This document shows positions 59,936-64,000 of a stretch of 64,000 nucleotides of DNA, piece after piece (within the stretch, counting starts at the first letter, position 1; each line of letters begins with the position of its first letter). A model generated the notes under the pieces. It did not search any database, had not been told where the DNA came from, and was given only the letters and a program-made list of their open reading frames with translations. The stretch lies in the NCBI GenBank assembly GCA_963758295.1, contig CAVWUU010000004.1, forward strand, positions 704,001-768,000. The letters are read 5' to 3'. The stretch is from Candidatus Eremiobacteria bacterium. Lineage in GTDB: Bacteria; Vulcanimicrobiota; Vulcanimicrobiia; Vulcanimicrobiales; Vulcanimicrobiaceae. The position numbers and the translations under genes were made by a program.

Positions 59936-60637
59936 CTAGGCGGTGGTTTTCACGCGGTTCGGGTCGACCTTGACGCCAGGGCCCATCGTACTCGTGAAAG
60001 TTACGCTCTTGAGGTACGTTCCCTTCGCGGCCGCGGGCTTCGCGCGCACAATGGCGTCGAGCAGGGCGTTGACGTTCTCGAGCAGCTGATTCTCATCGAA
60101 GCCGGCCTTGCCGACGATCGTGTGAATGATGCCGGTCTTGTCGAGGCGATATTCGACCTTACCGGCTTTGATGTCGCGGATCGCGCCCGCGATATTCGCC
60201 GAAACGGTGCCGGCCTTCGGGTTCGGCATCTTCTGCGCGAGGATACGGCCGAGTTCCTTACCGACTTGCGCCATCATGTCCGGCGTTGCAACGGCAACGT
60301 CGAAGTCGGCGAAGCCGCCCTTGAGGCGGTCGATCAGATCTTGGTCGCCGACGATATCGGCGCCCGCTTCTTGCGCGGCCTTGGCGTTGTCGCCCTTGGC
60401 GAACGCAATGACGCGGACCGTACGTCCCGTGCCGTTCGGCAGCAGAACCGTACCGCGAACGTTCTGATCGCTCTTCTTCGGATCGACGCCGAGGCGCACG
60501 TGCACTTCGACGGTTTCGTTGAACTTCGCCGTGGCGTTCTTCTTGACGATCGAGATGGCTTCGGACGCCGAGTACAGCGTCTTCTTGTCGAAATTCGAAA
60601 CGAGGTTGCGGAAACGCTTACCGTGATGTTGCGGCAT
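59936..60637 (-). CDS. rplA: 50S ribosomal protein L1
   Basis: 'KFNETVE', 'MPNPKAGTV', 'STMGPGVKV'. Confidence 0.98.
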   Translation of the reverse strand: MPQHHGKRFRNLVSNFDKKTLYSASEAISIVKKNATAKFNETVEVHVRLGVDPKKSDQNVRGTVLLPNGTGRTVRVIAFAKGDNAKAAQEAGADIVGDQDLIDRLKGGFADFDVAVATPDMMAQVGKELGRILAQKMPNPKAGTVSANIAGAIRDIKAGKVEYRLDKTGIIHTIVGKAGFDENQLLENVNALLDAIVRAKPAAAKGTYLKSVTFTSTMGPGVKVDPNRVKTTA

Positions 60638-61062
60638 TAGGCTTCCACCTCCACACCCATCGAACGCGCGGTGCCGGCGATGATTTTTTTCGCGGCATCG
60701 ATGTCGTTGGCGTTGATGTCGGGCATCTTCACCTTCGCGATCTCTTCGAGTTGCGAGTTCGTGAGTTTGCCGACTTTGTTGCGATTCGGTTCTTTGGAAC
60801 CCGAGTCGAGTTTCAAAGCCTGCTTGATCAGGAAAGACGCCGGCGGCGTCTTCGTGATGAACGTGAACGTGCGGTCTTCGAAAACGGTGATCTCGACCGG
60901 AATGATCATGCCGGCCTGCGAGGCAGTACGTTCGTTGTACTGCTTGCAGAAATCCATGATATTCAGGGAGTACGGTCCGAGAGCCGGACCGATCGGCGGC
61001 GCAGGCGTTGCCTTGCCGGCCGGAATTTGCAGGCCGATTTTGCCTACAACTTTCTTAGCCAT
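60637..61062 (-). CDS. rplK: 50S ribosomal protein L11
   Basis: '[15 protein letters not shown]', 'IAGTARSMG'. Confidence 0.98.
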   Translation of the reverse strand: MAKKVVGKIGLQIPAGKATPAPPIGPALGPYSLNIMDFCKQYNERTASQAGMIIPVEITVFEDRTFTFITKTPPASFLIKQALKLDSGSKEPNRNKVGKLTNSQLEEIAKVKMPDINANDIDAAKKIIAGTARSMGVEVEA

Positions 61063-61288
61063 GGTTACTCCTTATTGAGGCGTCGCCGCGGGCGGCCAGC
61101 CTCTGCCCCTCAGCAATCTCGCACCCCGGGGTCACTGGTACGAGAATCTTGATTTACCGCCGCCGCAACTCGTCTTTGAAACGTCTGCAAGCGTGCAGCA
61201 TTTTCGTTCGTAGTTAGGCGCCGTCGGGTGAAGTGGACTATGGTCCACGAGCCCCGCGGCAACGACACTACGGACGAAAAGGCAAACG

Positions 61289-62020
61289 CTAGACCTTCTC
61301 CACCTGAAAGAACTCCAGCTCAACGGGCGTTTCGCGCCCGAAGATGGAGATGAGCGCGCGAAGGCGTTCTTTCTCGGGTTGGATTTCGTCGACGACACCG
61401 GTGAAGTCGAAGAACGGGCCCGACGTGACCTTGATGCGGTCGCCCTTCTTGAAGTCGATCTTGAGCTTCGGAGCTTCGATGCCCATCTGCTTGAGGATCG
61501 TCTTCACTTCTTTGTCTTGAAGCGGAACCGGTTTTTCACCCGGGCCCGGACTTCCGACGAATCCGGTGACGCCTTGCGTGTTGCGCACGACGTACCACGA
61601 TTGATCGTCCATGATCATCTCGACCAGGACGTAACCCGGGAAAACTTTCTTCGGCGTGATTTTGCGCTTGCCGTCTTTGAATTCTACTTCGTCTTCCATC
61701 GGGACAAGCACGCGGAAGATCTTGTCCTGCATGCCCATCGAATGGATGCGGCGTTCGAGATTCGCCTTCACTTTGTTCTCGTAACCCGAGTACGTGTGAA
61801 TGACGAACCAATTGCGGTTGTCTTTCTTGCCCTGGCGCGCAGCGCGCTCTTCCGGCTGCTCCGCCGTTTCCTCGGAAACCTCAGCAGCGTCGGAAACATC
61901 GAAGGCGCTCGCGAACGGTCCGCCGGACTGCGTCGAATCACCCGTGTCGATTTCACTCGTCGCAGGATCAACTTCGGTGTGCACGGCGCCGCCGTCGTAC
62001 TCGCGTTCGGATTCAGACAT
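61289..62020 (-). CDS. nusG: Transcription factor NusG with an acidic N-terminal extension
   Basis: 'WFVIHTYSGYENKV', 'FPGYV', 'IFGRETPVEL'. Confidence 0.97.
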   Translation of the reverse strand: MSESEREYDGGAVHTEVDPATSEIDTGDSTQSGGPFASAFDVSDAAEVSEETAEQPEERAARQGKKDNRNWFVIHTYSGYENKVKANLERRIHSMGMQDKIFRVLVPMEDEVEFKDGKRKITPKKVFPGYVLVEMIMDDQSWYVVRNTQGVTGFVGSPGPGEKPVPLQDKEVKTILKQMGIEAPKLKIDFKKGDRIKVTSGPFFDFTGVVDEIQPEKERLRALISIFGRETPVELEFFQVEKV

Positions 62021-62028
62021 AGATATCG

Positions 62029-62283
62029 TTAAACGTTCAACAAGTGGATCTGGCTGAAGAGCCAGCCGAAGAGTTGGTCGGCAGCGTACGTGAACAGGCC
62101 GATTCCAACCACGAGCACCACGGTAAGCACGGTCGCGCTAACCCACTCGTCGCGAGTCGGCCACGTAACGCGCTTGAGCTCGGTGATTACACCTTGCGCG
62201 AAGTTGTTGCCGCGCATGGACTGAGTCTGGCGCTGCGCCGTCGAGGCGCCTCGCGTCACCGCACTCTTCTTTTGCTCGTTCAC
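62029..62283 (-). CDS. secE: Preprotein translocase subunit SecE
   Basis: 'ELKRVTWPTRDE' plus one TM. Confidence 0.94.
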   Translation of the reverse strand: MNEQKKSAVTRGASTAQRQTQSMRGNNFAQGVITELKRVTWPTRDEWVSATVLTVVLVVGIGLFTYAADQLFGWLFSQIHLLNV

Positions 62284-62313
62284 TTTGAAACGTGTCTCCC
62301 GGGAAATATGACT

Positions 62314-62389
62314 TGGCAGGGCGGACAGGACTCGAACCTGCAACCGGCGATTTTGGAGACCGCTACTCTACCAATTGAGCTACCGCCCT
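62314..62389 (-). tRNA. tRNA-Trp(CCA)
   Basis: 76-nt cloverleaf, anticodon loop CT-CCA-AA, encoded 3' CCA; canonical position before secE. Confidence 0.97.
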
Positions 62390-62420
62390 ACGCGTTCGGA
62401 GCGCCCTGCGGCGCCCCTAA

Positions 62421-62585
62421 TTATTTGGTCTCGCGGTGGGAACGGTGACACCGGCAGAAGCGGCAATACTTGCTAAGCTCCAACCGATCCGTCGTCTTCT
62501 GTTTATTTTTTTGAGTATTGTAGTTGCGTCGCTTGCACTCCGTGCACGCCATCACAACCATCACACGATTTTCTTTTTTTGCCAC
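62421..62585 (-). CDS. rpmG: 50S ribosomal protein L33, zinc-ribbon (C+) form; absent from the ORF track
   Basis: [54 protein letters not shown]. Confidence 0.96.
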   Translation of the reverse strand: MAKKENRVMVVMACTECKRRNYNTQKNKQKTTDRLELSKYCRFCRCHRSHRETK

Positions 62586-62847
62586 TTTTCAGTCTACCAC
62601 GAACATGAAATAAACGGACTCGGAGGTCCGTTCAGCAACCCATGCTACCACGGCCGCCCGCCTACATGCAACCCGCCCCGACAATTTCTCTCTCGCGACC
62701 TTTGTCGCCACTCTGCCCGGCCCGCTTGCACCCCAAAGCACACATAGTCACGACTGGAGCGAAAGTGCGCCCGGGGGAGGCTCGGCCGCCCGCGGCCTAC
62801 GCCTGGCCGGGCGCAAACAGTTGCGGCGCTTTCGCTCGGCAAATTCT

Positions 62848-62922
62848 TGCGCCCGGCCAGAATCGAACTGGCAACCTCGGCCTTAGGAGTGCCTTGCTCT
62901 ATCCAAATTGAGCTACGGGCGC
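62848..62922 (-). tRNA. tRNA-Arg(CCT), weak anticodon stem, no encoded CCA
   Basis: Perfect acceptor, D and T arms; loop CT-CCT-AA. Confidence 0.85.
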
Positions 62923-62940
62923 ATGCCTGCAAGTGACCGC

Positions 62941-64000
62941 TTAGGCCAGGGGAGGCGGGGAACCCTCCTCGCGCCAGAGCACGAATCGCTCGACCAGATC
63001 CGGGTCGAACTGCGTTCCCGAGTTCCGAAGCAGCTCCGCCAAGGCCGCCGTCTCGCTGATGCCTCGGTGGTATGGGCGATCCGAAACCATCGCGGAGAAC
63101 GCGTCGAGGATGGCGACCGCCCGAGCCAATGGATGAATTTGGTCGCCTTTCAAGCCCAACGGGTAACCGAAGCCGTCCCACCGCTCGTGATGTTGTCCGA
63201 CGATCTCCGCGACTTCTTGATACCCCGGTTGATGCTCCAGAATGTGCTTGCCGAATGCGGAGTGCTGCTGCATCGCTTCGTACTCGTCTCGAGTCAGGCG
63301 GCCGGGCTTGATCAGAATCCGGTCGGAAACCAAAAGCTTCCCGACGTCGTGCAATAAGCTGGCTTGCAGTAATTGCGCGAGCATGTCGCCATCCAGCTCC
63401 AGGTTGTATTCGGACCACAGCTTCGCCATCGCGTTGACTTGTAACAGATGAACGCGCGTGTAAGGATCCCGATCCAGCAGTCCTTCGACGATCGTTTCGA
63501 CGCCGGTAAAATTTCCGTGCGTCGTGTAGGCGTCGAGGTCGTCGGGACCGACCGGTACACCGCCCTGTTTGCGGCTTAAACGCGTACGGTGAACGCACAA
63601 AGCCGTTACGTCGCCACGCGTTCCGGCTTCCAGTGGAGCGATCACGTAACCGCATGCAACGGAGATCGGCAGCGTTTGATCGGGCGATACGTACGCAAGG
63701 CCGGCCAAGCGCGTCGCGAGACGCTCCACCAAATGGTCTATCAGGTCGGGCGACGCGTCGCTGACCAACGCCATGAAGACATCACCGCCAAACCGCCCGA
63801 CCGTTAGATGATCGTGCGCTTCTTCGAATTCGCGCAACTCACGAGCAACACGACGCAACACTTCGTCGCCCTCGGCATACCCGTAAATTTCGTTGAACAT
63901 GCCGAAATTGACGAGGTTTAGCATCACTGCTACGCACGGACGCGTCGACGTTGAACCCGCGAGCGCACGATCGAGATCGCGCGAGAGCTTCGAATGGTTT
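62941..64000 (-). CDS. GGDEF (GGDVF variant) + HD-GYP c-di-GMP protein, 5' end outside the window
   Basis: 'FNEIYGYAEGD', 'RFGGDVF', 'LHDVGK', 'HHERWDGFGYP'. Confidence 0.92.
   Translation of the reverse strand, partial: NHSKLSRDLDRALAGSTSTRPCVAVMLNLVNFGMFNEIYGYAEGDEVLRRVARELREFEEAHDHLTVGRFGGDVFMALVSDASPDLIDHLVERLATRLAGLAYVSPDQTLPISVACGYVIAPLEAGTRGDVTALCVHRTRLSRKQGGVPVGPDDLDAYTTHGNFTGVETIVEGLLDRDPYTRVHLLQVNAMAKLWSEYNLELDGDMLAQLLQASLLHDVGKLLVSDRILIKPGRLTRDEYEAMQQHSAFGKHILEHQPGYQEVAEIVGQHHERWDGFGYPLGLKGDQIHPLARAVAILDAFSAMVSDRPYHRGISETAALAELLRNSGTQFDPDLVERFVLWREEGSPPPLA

Noticed and set aside
61063..61288. Riboswitch or L1-binding leader before rplK
   Set aside because: Long GC-rich intergenic region, but I could not match a convincing consensus by eye.
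62590..62848. Integrated element at tRNA-Arg or tRNA-Trp
   Set aside because: No integrase and no duplicated tRNA 3' end seen in the window.

Overview
GC-rich bacterial chromosome segment. Gene content and protein style suggest a Terrabacteria-group organism, plausibly Eremiobacterota/Vulcanimicrobiota (inference only). It holds a large Firmicutes-like flagellar cluster on the minus strand (fliF-G-H-I-J-motE/ylxF ... fliK-flgD-TIGR02530-flgE-flbD-motA-motB-fliM-fliY/N-fliO-P-Q-R ... flhB), interrupted twice: once by trpE, an accessory island, trpG, a Trp leader and aroF, and once by a Vgb-like lipoprotein plus a 1.1 kb tandem hairpin-repeat array. Then come purA, GH125, hpt, a two-component pair, recX/recA, ftsY, fliA-cheB-cheR, ppa/hppA, peptidases, tetR/MFS and the tRNA-Arg-rpmG-tRNA-Trp-secE-nusG-rplKA...rplJL cluster, with five extra genes between rplA and rplJ. 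Main hunt results: (1) a second, recoded copy of the rplA 3' end with its own terminator 1076 bp away, bracketing a one-gene integrase-less cassette; (2) an unannotated WWW leader peptide overlapping the trpG stop that appears to attenuate a DAHP synthase lacking a regulatory domain; (3) a 49-bp/96-bp hairpin repeat array with dispersed solo copies; (4) a two-hairpin RNA element in the flgE leader; (5) several sigma-28-like promoters. Clustered frameshifts probably reflect long-read consensus errors.
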